Source: a virus. From it: a stretch of 64,000 bases of DNA. Shown piece by piece: positions 1-9,203 of this stretch. The notes beneath the pieces are model-generated. The model made no database searches. It saw only the letters and a program-made list of their open reading frames with translations, and had not been told where the DNA came from. The position numbers and the translations under genes are program-made. Positions within the stretch are counted from its first letter, which is position 1. Every line of letters starts with the position of its first letter. The stretch lies in IMG/VR virus record IMGVR_UViG_3300028800_000076, positions 12,205-76,204 of that record; one strand, given 5' to 3'.

Positions 1-102
1 CAAAGCCGGGCCAGTCGCATAGCTCGATATAGTCCCGCGCCTTTGGCTGTAAGGCGCGGATTTCAGGGATGGATTGAAGGCCTAGGAATTGTTCGTGCAT
101 GG

Positions 103-972
103 CTAGGACTCCTGCCCGGAGTAGCGCGCCAAATTGCGTTCAATCCATTTTGCAGGATCGGTGATCAATTCATCGTTGAGGAATATCCCCGGGATGCAAA
201 GCGTTTCCGAAATGTGAGGCAGGGCAACGGCCATGACTCGTTCCATCTCGTCTTGAGTCAGTGGGCTGGATTTAGAAAATGGCCACGCGCCGCCGGAACC
301 ATGGTGCGTACAAATTTTGTAACCTACCTCGCGTGACCATGCGGCGGATGCGATGCACGGCGCAGCATGGGAAAGGTCCATAGGCGAGGTTTCAACACGA
401 TGGCCGGTAAAGGTTGCGCTTTTGCCGTAAGGCTCACCAGCCAAGCCGCTTTGCCCGGCAAACACCCATAACTCTACCGGGCGACGGGCAGACAAAGCAC
501 GCACAAAGGCGAGAATGGCCGAGCCGCGCTTATTGATCATGCTCGCGTCAATACCGCCGCTAGACGTGCTATCCACAATGACAGCTAGCGGCGCGGTTTC
601 TCTGACCGTGCGATGGCGCAAGCGCATGTTCATAGGGTTGCTCGCGATATAGTGCGGGATATTGGGAGAAGCGCCGATAACCGAGTCGATAACCTCCCAT
701 GATGCGCGCATGGGAGCGAAAGCCTCAAACCGAGAGAGCATTTCGTCGGACTCGCGCGCCGCATCGAGATTGCCGTTTAGGGCATATTCGCAAGCTTGCT
801 TGCCCGAAACGTCAGACCATCCACCAACGGCATTTTCCTCGCGATAGGTGCCGTTTTCCAGCGCCCATGCGGCCATATCCGAGCCGCTATCAAAAAGGAT
901 GAATTGAGCCCGCGCGGCTGACTCCGCGCGGGGATAGGGAACGGTTAGTGTGCTGATGATTGGCATGGCCAT
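103..972 (-). CDS. vWA/CobT-like partner of the MoxR-type AAA ATPase
   Basis: Hydrophobic strand followed by DSTSSGG (MIDAS-like DxSxS); directly downstream of the AAA gene. Start taken at the ATG (972) just after the AAA stop. Confidence 0.55.
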   Translation of the reverse strand: MAMPIISTLTVPYPRAESAARAQFILFDSGSDMAAWALENGTYREENAVGGWSDVSGKQACEYALNGNLDAARESDEMLSRFEAFAPMRASWEVIDSVIGASPNIPHYIASNPMNMRLRHRTVRETAPLAVIVDSTSSGGIDASMINKRGSAILAFVRALSARRPVELWVFAGQSGLAGEPYGKSATFTGHRVETSPMDLSHAAPCIASAAWSREVGYKICTHHGSGGAWPFSKSSPLTQDEMERVMAVALPHISETLCIPGIFLNDELITDPAKWIERNLARYSGQES

Positions 973-976
973 GTGA

Positions 977-2263
977 TTAGCCTTCCACCATGCGGCGTTG
1001 TTCAACCGTGAGATTGGCCAGATAGGTCATGCTGGCCGCTTCGTCGGAAGAGAAACCGCCAGCAATCAAAGCCGCGCCAGCGATGGAAGCGCGTGGATCG
1101 ATCAGCACCTTGATTCCCGCCGCCTTGGCCTTCTCGCGTGCCTTTTGGACGCGCTTGGCAAAGCCTGCATTGCCCGAGATGGATTGTTCCATATCGGTAT
1201 CGTAATCCCATTGGATACGGACCGGGAACCGAGAGAGGAACGCAGCGTCGATTTTGGCGCGGCCAACGTAATCGGCCGTCGCGCCGAGCCCCCATGTGTT
1301 GGCCGTGGCGATGATTACCGAGTCGGCATGCCGTTCCGCTTGCCCGTCAGGGAATGACGCGCGGCCATTGGCAAGCGCTGCATTGAGCGCAAGCAATGCG
1401 GTATTGTCCGAGCCATCGACTTCGTCAAACAGGTAAACAGCAGCGCTGCTATAGGCCTTGCGGAATGGCGTTTCATGATAGGTGCCGCCTGCGTCAATGA
1501 ACCCGAGCAATTCATGCGGCATCGACAACGCGCCATTGTATTCGAAAGCGAGTCCCAAGGCCTTGGCCACAGTCTTCGCGGCGTAGGTTTTGCCCGAGCC
1601 TGCCGGACCTGAAATCCAGATATTCGGATGGAAACCATCGGCCTGACGCGATGCGGCGGCCTTGAGGAGCTTGGCGAATTGTGGATGGTGCGCGCCTTCC
1701 AATTGCACGAATTCGTCCGAGTCGTGCGCCTTAACCTCAATGCGAATGGCCGCGTTTTCTGCTAGCTCTTCGAGCTTGGCTTCCACCTGACGCTGCAAGT
1801 TAGGGAGCAGCGAATTGAGTCGCGCGTCGATATCGCGGCCGATTTGAGCCATATCGACTTGCGGGCCCATGCTGGACATGACGGCCGCAACGACTGCGGC
1901 AATGCGATTTGCATCGTTGTTCTGTGGCGCTGGCGCGGCTTGTGGAGCACCGAAGGCTTGCGCTTGTGCAATCGCTTCGTCCGAAGGTGGGGCGGATAGA
2001 ATTGCAGCGGCGGCACTATTGCAATCGATATCATCAGCTTCCTGTGCCTTAAGCTTGGCTTGTTCAAGCTTGGCATTGGACAAGTCATTATAGACAGACG
2101 CGATAGCAGCCCGCGCAAGGCCTGCGGCATACATGCCCGGAACGCCGTTAGCAGTGAGCCATTTGCGCGCGTTGTGTACGTTGTCGGCAGTGACGAATAG
2201 ACGGCCGCGCGGACCTAGCAGGGCCTCGCATTCTTGCGGCGTCATTGATGGTGTACGTGCCAT
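977..2263 (-). CDS. MoxR/CbbQ/CobS-like AAA+ ATPase
   Basis: Walker A GPAGSGKT, Walker B YLFDEVD, IATANTWG and IDAAFLSRF arginine-finger motifs. Confidence 0.85.
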   Translation of the reverse strand: MARTPSMTPQECEALLGPRGRLFVTADNVHNARKWLTANGVPGMYAAGLARAAIASVYNDLSNAKLEQAKLKAQEADDIDCNSAAAAILSAPPSDEAIAQAQAFGAPQAAPAPQNNDANRIAAVVAAVMSSMGPQVDMAQIGRDIDARLNSLLPNLQRQVEAKLEELAENAAIRIEVKAHDSDEFVQLEGAHHPQFAKLLKAAASRQADGFHPNIWISGPAGSGKTYAAKTVAKALGLAFEYNGALSMPHELLGFIDAGGTYHETPFRKAYSSAAVYLFDEVDGSDNTALLALNAALANGRASFPDGQAERHADSVIIATANTWGLGATADYVGRAKIDAAFLSRFPVRIQWDYDTDMEQSISGNAGFAKRVQKAREKAKAAGIKVLIDPRASIAGAALIAGGFSSDEAASMTYLANLTVEQRRMVEG

Positions 2264-2266
2264 GAT

Positions 2267-2449
2267 TTAGGCCTCCTCAATGGATTGATCGAGGCGAACG
2301 CCGGTCACGTTGGCCGCGCCAACAGTCCAGTCTTGCCAATCGCAAGGCGGTTCATCTAAGGCCGCATTGATAGCGTTTGATATTTCAGCCTCAGTCGTAG
2401 TGTGAGGCGCGCTAACCTCAATTGTTATGAGGTACGTTCGAATAGCCAT
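2267..2449 (-). CDS. hypothetical protein
   Basis: GGGAG SD; first gene after the leftward promoter at ~2500-2525. Confidence 0.6.
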   Translation of the reverse strand: MAIRTYLITIEVSAPHTTTEAEISNAINAALDEPPCDWQDWTVGAANVTGVRLDQSIEEA

Positions 2450-2497
2450 TTCCCAAGTCTCCCGTTTTGCCGCGCAGGAATCACGCGGCCAATGCGA

Positions 2498-2525
2498 GGT
2501 ATGACACAGATTGGGTTAGGTGCAA
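2498..2525 (-). promoter_or_regulatory. leftward promoter with operator in the spacer
   Basis: Minus strand TTGCAC-CTAACCCAATCTGTGT-CATACC; same layout as the promoters at 9629-9656 and 58614-58641. Confidence 0.55.
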
Positions 2526-2676
2526 TGGGGTAAATAATATGGACGGTAAATCAATGGGTTATGGGACACTGCGCCAAGCTTGATTGCGCGCCCATAATCC
2601 GCTATTGTGCCAAGCCGTTGATAGTACAGACTAATCATTGCGCGGCTTTAGTCCGCGCCCCAACGGGGAACACGGC

Positions 2677-3228
2677 ATGCCAGCGCTAGCTAATCCCAGA
2701 CATGAACGCTTCGCGCAGTGCATTGCTGCGGCCTTGGCAGGCGAGACAAGGCTAGAGCAAGCGCAGAGCACGGCCTACCGCAACGCTGGCTATCTAGCAA
2801 AGCCCGGTAACAGCGCAGAGGCGGCAGCATCTAGGCTGTTAAGGCGAGTTAAGCCTATCACAGATAGAGTGCGTGAAATTCAAGCGCAGATAGCACGCAA
2901 GAAAGGACGGACTATCGAGGTCATTGTGGAGCGCATGGCATTGGCCAGCCAGATAGCTGAAGAGGATAGAAACCCGACTGCGATTACAGGCGCAGAGAGC
3001 GCAATCGCTAAGGTTTTAGGCATTCAAGTCGAACGTCATGAGCATGGCACGCCTGGATCATTCGAGAGTGTGGATAGTACAGCGGACTATGCCGATACAA
3101 TGCTGAAGGCCTACAGCCATGAGCAATTGAATGTGAGTGAGGGAATGCGGGAGATGGCGCTTGCAGAGCTAGCACGCCACGCTGAAGCCATGGCCGCTAT
3201 CGCACATGGCACACTAGGCGAGGCTTAG
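2677..3228 (+). CDS. terS: terminase small subunit
   Basis: N-terminus MPALANPRHERFAQ...AYRNAGY...AEAAASRLL typical of TerS HTH; followed by a non-coding GC-rich region. Confidence 0.7.
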   Translation: MPALANPRHERFAQCIAAALAGETRLEQAQSTAYRNAGYLAKPGNSAEAAASRLLRRVKPITDRVREIQAQIARKKGRTIEVIVERMALASQIAEEDRNPTAITGAESAIAKVLGIQVERHEHGTPGSFESVDSTADYADTMLKAYSHEQLNVSEGMREMALAELARHAEAMAAIAHGTLGEA

Positions 3229-3479
3229 CATAATCATATCAATGGCTTAGCACGAATGGCACTAGCCCTAGTGCGACTAGTCTAGTCCATCATAGTGAAC
3301 TAATGTGGACATTCTGGAATGGCGAACAGTGCGAGCACAAGGCCGATAGGCCCACAATCGGTCTACAATGGCCGCTGATGCGTTATGTGGATAGAAGCTA
3401 GGGCTGTCTACCTCGAAGCGCTTTAGCGCACAGGCGGCCTTTATTCTGGATTGTGGACGGCCAACTGGGTCCGGTGCAT

Positions 3480-3570
3480 ACCCGGGGGACCCGCTGCCGG
3501 GGGCGAGGGGGCCCGGGTCCAGGTCTCCTCACACCCCGAACACAGGACCCAAATTTCCTTACGGGTCCCC
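3480..3570. other. candidate packaging (pac/terminus) region: G-run cluster and inverted repeat
   Basis: G-runs at 3484-88, 3499-3503, 3507-11, 3515-17; GGACCC/GGGTCC inverted repeat 3545-3568; downstream of terS at a compositional boundary. Confidence 0.4.
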
Positions 3571-3633
3571 TTGACGTAGCAACTACCCAGTAGTATCTAC
3601 ATAACTGTAGTATCTACATGAGGTAGCATCTAC
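3571..3633 (+). promoter_or_regulatory. promoter overlapped by four GTAG-N3-CTAC palindromes
   Basis: TTGACG at 3571; GTAGCAACTAC 3576, GTAGTATCTAC 3590, GTAGTATCTAC 3607, GTAGCATCTAC 3623, the last abutting ATG 3634. Confidence 0.75.
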
Positions 3634-3930
3634 ATGGATAGAGATGCCTTGATCGAGCTTGCAGAGAGGCTCCGTAAAAATATGATTAGGGGCCACCTGC
3701 TGGACTATGTGGAAGGGTCCCTGGCCCTCCTGAAAAAGGGTCCCTCTAGCCCTGAGCCAAAAACAGTTGGCCAGAAAATCCTGGCCTCTGCACAGGAGGC
3801 GGTAAGCATCGCCAAGGGCGAGCTACCAGTCCTCCACCATTTTCATGAGTGCCCGACCTGCAAGGAACGGCGGGCTAAGAAGGCAGCGGCTCAGAAGCGC
3901 TACCGGGCCAAACTTGGAGTCAAGGCATGA
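3634..3930 (+). CDS. small basic protein with HxCxxC and K/R-rich tail (possible DNA-binding protein)
   Basis: HECPTCKERRAKKAAAQKRYRAK; GAGGT SD. Confidence 0.55.
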   Translation: MDRDALIELAERLRKNMIRGHLLDYVEGSLALLKKGPSSPEPKTVGQKILASAQEAVSIAKGELPVLHHFHECPTCKERRAKKAAAQKRYRAKLGVKA

Positions 3931-4124
3931 GCAAGGTTGACGACGGCTACGTGACTGTAAAGGGCAGGCGGTACCCCTCTAGGTATCCTCCAGGCATGAA
4001 TGCTGACCTGGATGAGGCCTGGGCCATCCTGGATACCATAAAGGATGGGGTGATCCCTGACGATGTGCGGGCCTTCTTGGCGGGCCAGATTACAGGCCTG
4101 TTACTCCGAAAGCGTCAGTCTTAA
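3927..4124 (+). CDS. hypothetical protein
   Basis: ATGA overlap with the previous gene. Confidence 0.6.
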   Translation: MSKVDDGYVTVKGRRYPSRYPPGMNADLDEAWAILDTIKDGVIPDDVRAFLAGQITGLLLRKRQS

Positions 4125-4343
4125 CCTTAAGCGCTATTGCCTCTGTTATCAGGTGTAGGGCGAGCTTGTGGGAGGCGGCTCCGGTGAGGCCTAGGTGGGC
4201 CTCTATCTGATCGAACCGGGTGCCTAGGCTCTGAAGCTCTTCGGGTTGGAAACTGACCATGGATACTCCTCCTGTGTGTGAGGGAGGAGCCTAGGCCCTG
4301 TGTGTGACACCTGTCTGTGCGTTAGTGCTCACATCTGACTAAT

Positions 4344-4538
4344 TTATCTGAGCCGCATGGGCGGGCCTACGCCTGTCATGTTGAGCAGGAAGCCGATCAG
4401 AACGACGGCGCAGATGACCACAAAGACGATCATCACGATCTTGTTCAGGGGCTCCGGGAGCGTGACCTGGGAGAGGAGCCACCAGACCAGGATGGCGAGG
4501 ATGATGAAGATGGCGAGGTAGACCAGGATATCGAGCAT
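4344..4538 (-). CDS. small two-TM membrane protein (Thivi_2564-like)
   Basis: Two hydrophobic helices separated by LPEPLNKI. Confidence 0.65.
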   Translation of the reverse strand: MLDILVYLAIFIILAILVWWLLSQVTLPEPLNKIVMIVFVVICAVVLIGFLLNMTGVGPPMRLR

Positions 4539-4565
4539 GATGGCGTGCCCTCCAGGGCTGCCATC

Positions 4566-4931
4566 CTAACGCCCCACCCCCTCCCCAGTTCCATCCACCT
4601 CGATCACCCGTATCCCCGCCTTCCGGGCACGCCTGACCATATCGGCTGCGCCTGTCCCGCCCGGGAAGGCCACCACCAAGTCCGGCTTGCCCTCGTCCAG
4701 CATCTGCTGATTACGGATAGGCCCCGCTCCCTTGCCGTGCTTCTTCCAGTCGGCCGGAAAGGACCTGACGGGCACGCCCCTGTCCTTGGCCCACTCATCT
4801 GCCAGCCTATCTGCGCCCCGAGCAGCGCCGTGAATGATCCCATCACCCTCCAGGTGAATGGCATCAAGCCTGCCTGTGAGGAGCGCTACGTCATCGAAGT
4901 CACGACCGCCGCAGATCAAGATCGTCCTCAT
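4566..4931 (-). CDS. SLOG-family protein (YspA/DUF2493)
   Basis: [40 protein letters not shown]. Confidence 0.85.
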   Translation of the reverse strand: MRTILICGGRDFDDVALLTGRLDAIHLEGDGIIHGAARGADRLADEWAKDRGVPVRSFPADWKKHGKGAGPIRNQQMLDEGKPDLVVAFPGGTGAADMVRRARKAGIRVIEVDGTGEGVGR

Positions 4932-5082
4932 CGTGCGTCCTCCTCCTATCCCGCTCTGCCTTCCAGCACTTCTGGCAGAGATCGTGATCGTCGTCCTGGG
5001 GTCTACACCATGTCTTCCAGCGTGGATTGTAGATCAGGATGGCTCGACCACAGTCCACGCAACCTCGCTTGCTCGTGCCCAT
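4900..5082 (-). CDS. small Cys-rich hypothetical protein
   Basis: CxxC...CxxC; overlaps neighbours on the same strand. Confidence 0.45.
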   Translation of the reverse strand: MGTSKRGCVDCGRAILIYNPRWKTWCRPQDDDHDLCQKCWKAERDRRRTHDEDDLDLRRS

Positions 5083-5519
5083 GGATTCTCCCCCAGCGGC
5101 AGGTCAATTCCACAATGTCCTTTATACAGAATCCCCTTCTCGCTGGGCGGAGGCTTAATCCCCGGCCCAATCACAACCTCAGGGCTGAGATAAATCCCGC
5201 CCTCACCCGTCTTGCCGTCGTGATAATCGAACGAGGTCACCCTGCGCACCATCTCGGTATGGTCTGCGATGTAGGCGATGGACCCGATACTGGAGGCATC
5301 GTGGAGCACGCGTGGCACCAGGATTGTCTCGTAGACCCGCATGCCCATGTGATCGAAGCCCATAACGTTATAGGCCACGGTCTCGGTCAAGGGATCATAA
5401 GCGACACGGATATCCCGCATCACCTTCACCGGCATCAGGCTACCGGCACGCACGATGGCTGGCGCTGCAAAGAGCGAGGCTCCCAGGCCAACCAGCAGTC
5501 CTCTCCGGTTCATCTTCAT
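5034..5519 (-). CDS. hypothetical protein with twin-arginine-like N-terminus
   Basis: MNRRGLLVGLGASLFAAPAIVRA. Confidence 0.6.
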   Translation of the reverse strand: MKMNRRGLLVGLGASLFAAPAIVRAGSLMPVKVMRDIRVAYDPLTETVAYNVMGFDHMGMRVYETILVPRVLHDASSIGSIAYIADHTEMVRRVTSFDYHDGKTGEGGIYLSPEVVIGPGIKPPPSEKGILYKGHCGIDLPLGENPWARASEVAWTVVEPS

Positions 5520-5732
5520 CGCCTTAGCCTCCCGTACTGATCAACATCATTGATGTGGGTTATCGCGCTCCCGTAGCCCCATCGCATAGTGCGGGTGGCA
5601 TTATGGACCTTGGTGTTGAGTCGTTGCCAGTCTGCACCACAACGCGCGCAGACCATCGTCACCTGGGTCACGCCCAGTCTATCCATGACTGGCACCTTCC
5701 TGCTCTTCACCCACAAATGATCGTGGGTGGGA

Positions 5733-5936
5733 TCAGGACCCATCTTCGGACCACATCCGGATCGTGTCCACGATCTTGAGTGTCTGGACAGCACGCATCA
5801 TCCGGCCTAGCACCGGCTTTGGCACCCTGCGGCACCACTGCTGGTACTGCACATCGGATATCCCAGCCGGTGGCGTCTGCACCTCAGCCCTATCCTTAAT
5901 GTCCCAGATGCCTGAGTTCTCGTAGAGATAAGTCAT
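5733..5936 (-). CDS. hypothetical protein
   Basis: SD and ATG 3 nt after the AAA gene stop. Confidence 0.5.
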   Translation of the reverse strand: MTYLYENSGIWDIKDRAEVQTPPAGISDVQYQQWCRRVPKPVLGRMMRAVQTLKIVDTIRMWSEDGS

Positions 5937-5939
5937 GTC

Positions 5940-7136
5940 CTACCTCCCAGAGAAGCCGATGCGACGCACGGGTGCCCCGCCCTGATGCTGGTTGAAGAGG
6001 CCAGCCAGGGTGTACTCCCCCTTGTTCGTCGGCACCGGCAGGCTAGCCACCTTGGCCACCGCCTGGGCCTCCGGCAGGTTGAGCGTGCGGGTATGCACCA
6101 CGCCGTAGCACCGGCCCGGCCGCAGCAGCGCATCATCCACGCGGCCGAAGTCGCTGATGTTGGTGGTGAACACCACCTTCTTGTCCGGCAGCTTGATCAA
6201 GCCATCCGATACGTTGAGGAAGCGGCTCATCAGCTTGTTGCCCTCAGCCTCGCGTGAGGCGAGGATGGTGTCCGCATCCTCAATCACCAGAATGTCGCCA
6301 TCCGCCTCGAACAGGAAATTCTGGAACACCGTGTCATTGCGCATCAGGTCCTCGTCATAGATGACATGGGCCGTCAGCTTGTGATCGCAGATCAGGTGGC
6401 GCAGCAGCGTGGTCTTGCCCGTGCCGGGAGGACCGGCCAGCAGCAGGATCGCTGCCTCGCTGTCCAGGTAATCCTGGAGGAACTGCTTTGGATCACTCAG
6501 GTCCGGATAGAACTCGCTGCGCAACTCAGTCTTGAGCGCAGGTAGCCGCACAATGCGCGTCTCCGGACCACGCGCCCCCTTGTACCACCACTTGACGATG
6601 GAGTGGTGCTCCTGGGCAAACGCCTTGTCCAGCACGTCAAAGACAAGCTCGCAGCCCTGCCGGTTCGAAGTCACCAGGACCTGGAACTCATAGATGTCCT
6701 TGGAGCGCGCCACCTTGGCGCGGCCGACACTGAGCCCAGTAGGTCTGGACGACGCATCCCCGCCCTCGTTCTGGTAGATATCGATAAAGACCGGGATGCC
6801 CTGGCACTCGGCCGTGAGGATGGTGGAGCGCTCATAGAGCCCCATCACGCTGGCCTCGGTCAGCGCTGGATACAGCGCATCCAGAATGCTCAGCACATCG
6901 CTGGAGATGGTGTACTTGCGCTTGAGGGTGATGCCCTCGTTCTCGCCAAAGGCACCCAGCACATTCTGGATGAAGAGGATGCGGGCCTGCTGCTGGACTG
7001 TGATATCGCAATCGGCCGTGCTGTGGCCGTCCCGCTTCCACACGTCTGCGCCCCAGGTATCGCGATAGTGCTCTTTCTCCTGGCTGCGATCCCGGTTAAA
7101 GGATGCATCCGTCGTGGTCCTGCTGATATCTCGCAT
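5940..7136 (-). CDS. AAA+ ATPase (classical AAA clade)
   Basis: GPPGTGKT, ILVIEDAD, FLNVSDG, FTTN, DALLRPGR. Confidence 0.9.
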   Translation of the reverse strand: MRDISRTTTDASFNRDRSQEKEHYRDTWGADVWKRDGHSTADCDITVQQQARILFIQNVLGAFGENEGITLKRKYTISSDVLSILDALYPALTEASVMGLYERSTILTAECQGIPVFIDIYQNEGGDASSRPTGLSVGRAKVARSKDIYEFQVLVTSNRQGCELVFDVLDKAFAQEHHSIVKWWYKGARGPETRIVRLPALKTELRSEFYPDLSDPKQFLQDYLDSEAAILLLAGPPGTGKTTLLRHLICDHKLTAHVIYDEDLMRNDTVFQNFLFEADGDILVIEDADTILASREAEGNKLMSRFLNVSDGLIKLPDKKVVFTTNISDFGRVDDALLRPGRCYGVVHTRTLNLPEAQAVAKVASLPVPTNKGEYTLAGLFNQHQGGAPVRRIGFSGR

Positions 7137-7164
7137 CGTTAATGTCCTCCACTCTCCGACGCAT

Positions 7165-7212
7165 CAAGTAACCCATTCTGTCCTTGACTTCAAGACCTGC
7201 ATCCCACATCTT
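7165..7212. promoter_or_regulatory. divergent promoters with an operator half-site
   Basis: Plus: TTGACT-17-CATCTT. Minus: TTGAAG-17-TACTTG with AACCCA (7170) in the spacer. Confidence 0.45.
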
Positions 7213-7234
7213 TTAGGACACGGAGGATAAGCCC

Positions 7235-7510
7235 ATGAAAGACTACAAGATGCCCGGTCATGACTGCTTGCGCTGTCATGGTGTGCTGAATGGTGCAACG
7301 AACGTCACCAACAACGCCATGCCGAAAGACGGCGATCTCACCATCTGTATCTACTGCGGCCACCTCATGGCCTTCACCGACGATCTCAGTCTGCGTGAGC
7401 TTACCGCAGAGGAGCAGGAGTGGTGCAACAAGAGCAACCTAATCACTCTCGCCAAAGAGTCCGTTAAGGACATTAAGGCTGTCCACCCTGACAGGAGGAC
7501 GCTGCAATGA
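7235..7510 (+). CDS. Zn-finger hypothetical protein
   Basis: CxxC...CxxC; GGAGG SD. Confidence 0.65.
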   Translation: MKDYKMPGHDCLRCHGVLNGATNVTNNAMPKDGDLTICIYCGHLMAFTDDLSLRELTAEEQEWCNKSNLITLAKESVKDIKAVHPDRRTLQ

Positions 7511-8052
7511 TCGTCGGGTACGCTCGCGTCTCAACGACTGAGCAGAACCTGGACCTCCAGATCAAGGCCCTGAAGGAGGCGGGCTGTGAGAAGATTTACT
7601 CCGACAAAGCCTCCGGCAAGAATATGGACCGCCCAGAATGGGCGAAGTGCCGCAGGTATATCTCCACGGGAGATACTCTGGTCTGCTGGAAGCTTGATCG
7701 TGTTTCCCGCTCCATGCTTGATCTCATCACCACGGTGCAGTCGCTGGATGAGCGAGGCGTGGGCTTCAAGGTGGTGACCGCGCCTATCGACACCACCACA
7801 GCGCAGGGCCGCCTGATCTTCGGCATCTTCGCAGCACTGGCTGAGTTCGAGCGCGCCCTGATCCGGGAGCGTGTCCAGGCTGGCGTGAAGGCCGCAAAGG
7901 AACGCGGCGTCCAGTTCGGCAGGCCCCGCAAGGTCACCGTGGAGGTTCTGGAGCGCGCCAATGATCTGCTGGTGGCCGACCCCGAGATGACTGTACGCAA
8001 GGCAGCAGAGAAGCTAGGCGTCTCTAAGAGCGCTCTTTATCGGGCTCTCTAG
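7507..8052 (+). CDS. small serine recombinase (resolvase/invertase, Hin/Pin family)
   Basis: GYARVST catalytic Ser, KLDRVSRS, AEFERALIRER, GRPR and C-terminal HTH. Confidence 0.95.
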   Translation: MIVGYARVSTTEQNLDLQIKALKEAGCEKIYSDKASGKNMDRPEWAKCRRYISTGDTLVCWKLDRVSRSMLDLITTVQSLDERGVGFKVVTAPIDTTTAQGRLIFGIFAALAEFERALIRERVQAGVKAAKERGVQFGRPRKVTVEVLERANDLLVADPEMTVRKAAEKLGVSKSALYRAL

Positions 8053-9203
8053 GCGGCCTCCTGCCGCTTCTCCAGCGCATCACCCACCTTCTTGAAGGCT
8101 TCGGCCATGGCTTTCATATGGCTACGACTGGGATCGTAGGCACAAACCTCGAAGAGCATCAGCTTGGAGTTGACCTCTTCCGTGATCGGAAAGCTGCCGT
8201 GCCCCTTGAAGCGCTTGAAGGCCGGGAGGTTATAGAGCGGCTCCACATAGCCAGCACGCACCGGCACGCCCTCCGCCCTCAGAGCCTTCACTACCCAGTC
8301 GCGGTCTCTGACCACCTCAGCCGCCCACATATAATAGACGTGCTTGCAGCCCTCGCGCTGGATCGGCGGCATGATCCACGGAATGTCCTTGACCATGTGC
8401 GTTAGCTCTTCGGCCAGTTCGATGCGGCCTGTGATGATCGCCTCGCGCTTGGATAACTGCGCCAGGGCGATAGCGGCCGTGATCTCGGTCATCCGAAGAT
8501 TAAGACCCGGAACGACGGTATCAGCCAACTCAGAATGATTACGATATAGCCGCATCCGATCAGCCAGAACGTCGTTGTCAGTAACGCAGAGTCCTCCTTC
8601 TCCACATTGAATATGCTTATGCACATTAAGTGAGAACACACCAATATCACCCACAGTGCCAGCATACTTGCCGTCCTCCATGGCAAAGGGAGCCTGCGCA
8701 TTGTCTTCGATCATGATGGTCTTCGCGCCACAGTGACGCTTCCAGCGTGCCAACTCGGCTGGGTGGCCAAAGATGTTTGGCACGATGATAGCCCTGGTCT
8801 TGGTCCCAGGCACGCCATCCATATTGAAGGTCTTGGCTTCGATGTCATTGAACTTGATGTTCGCGCCCAGGAACGCTGGGGCAGCCGCTGTGGCGCTCAT
8901 GGTATAGGGCGATGTGATCACCTCATAACCCTTAAATACGCCTGCCGCCATGCAGGCCACCAGCAATCCTGACGTGGCGCTATTCACAGCCACCGCATGC
9001 TTAGAGCCGATCATATCCGCGAAGGTCTGCTCCAGCGCCTCGACACGCAGGCCGCCGTGTAGCTCGCCCCCCAGGTAACCGCTGAGGGGCCCAGCACGCA
9101 GCACGGATGTGGCCATGCTGATCTCCTCCGGCCCTATCGTGTTGAAGGGCCGGAGAGACTGCTTGATGGCCGCAGGACCGCCGTCGATGGCCAGAACAGT
9201 CAT
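8049..9203 (-). CDS. DegT/DnrJ/EryC1/StrS sugar aminotransferase (PseC-like)
   Basis: AVNSATSGL, IEDNAQA, FSLNVHKHIQCGEGG (PLP Lys). Start MTVLAIDGG overlaps the upstream stop. Confidence 0.9.
   Translation of the reverse strand: MTVLAIDGGPAAIKQSLRPFNTIGPEEISMATSVLRAGPLSGYLGGELHGGLRVEALEQTFADMIGSKHAVAVNSATSGLLVACMAAGVFKGYEVITSPYTMSATAAAPAFLGANIKFNDIEAKTFNMDGVPGTKTRAIIVPNIFGHPAELARWKRHCGAKTIMIEDNAQAPFAMEDGKYAGTVGDIGVFSLNVHKHIQCGEGGLCVTDNDVLADRMRLYRNHSELADTVVPGLNLRMTEITAAIALAQLSKREAIITGRIELAEELTHMVKDIPWIMPPIQREGCKHVYYMWAAEVVRDRDWVVKALRAEGVPVRAGYVEPLYNLPAFKRFKGHGSFPITEEVNSKLMLFEVCAYDPSRSHMKAMAEAFKKVGDALEKRQEAA

Noticed and set aside
977-2263. cobS cobalamin gene
   Set aside because: No other cob genes; generic MoxR-type ATPases are common in phages.
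3576-3633. Mini CRISPR array
   Set aside because: Repeats are 11 bp with 3-6 nt gaps and there are no cas genes.
4545-5540. 331-aa plus-strand ORF (likewise 12093-12938, 22281-23051, 49736-50782, 56841-57431)
   Set aside because: Antisense shadows of well-supported genes in GC-rich DNA, with no motifs.
7507-8052. Prophage integrase or transposon
   Set aside because: 181 aa with no large recombinase domain; no transposase, terminal repeats or att sites seen.
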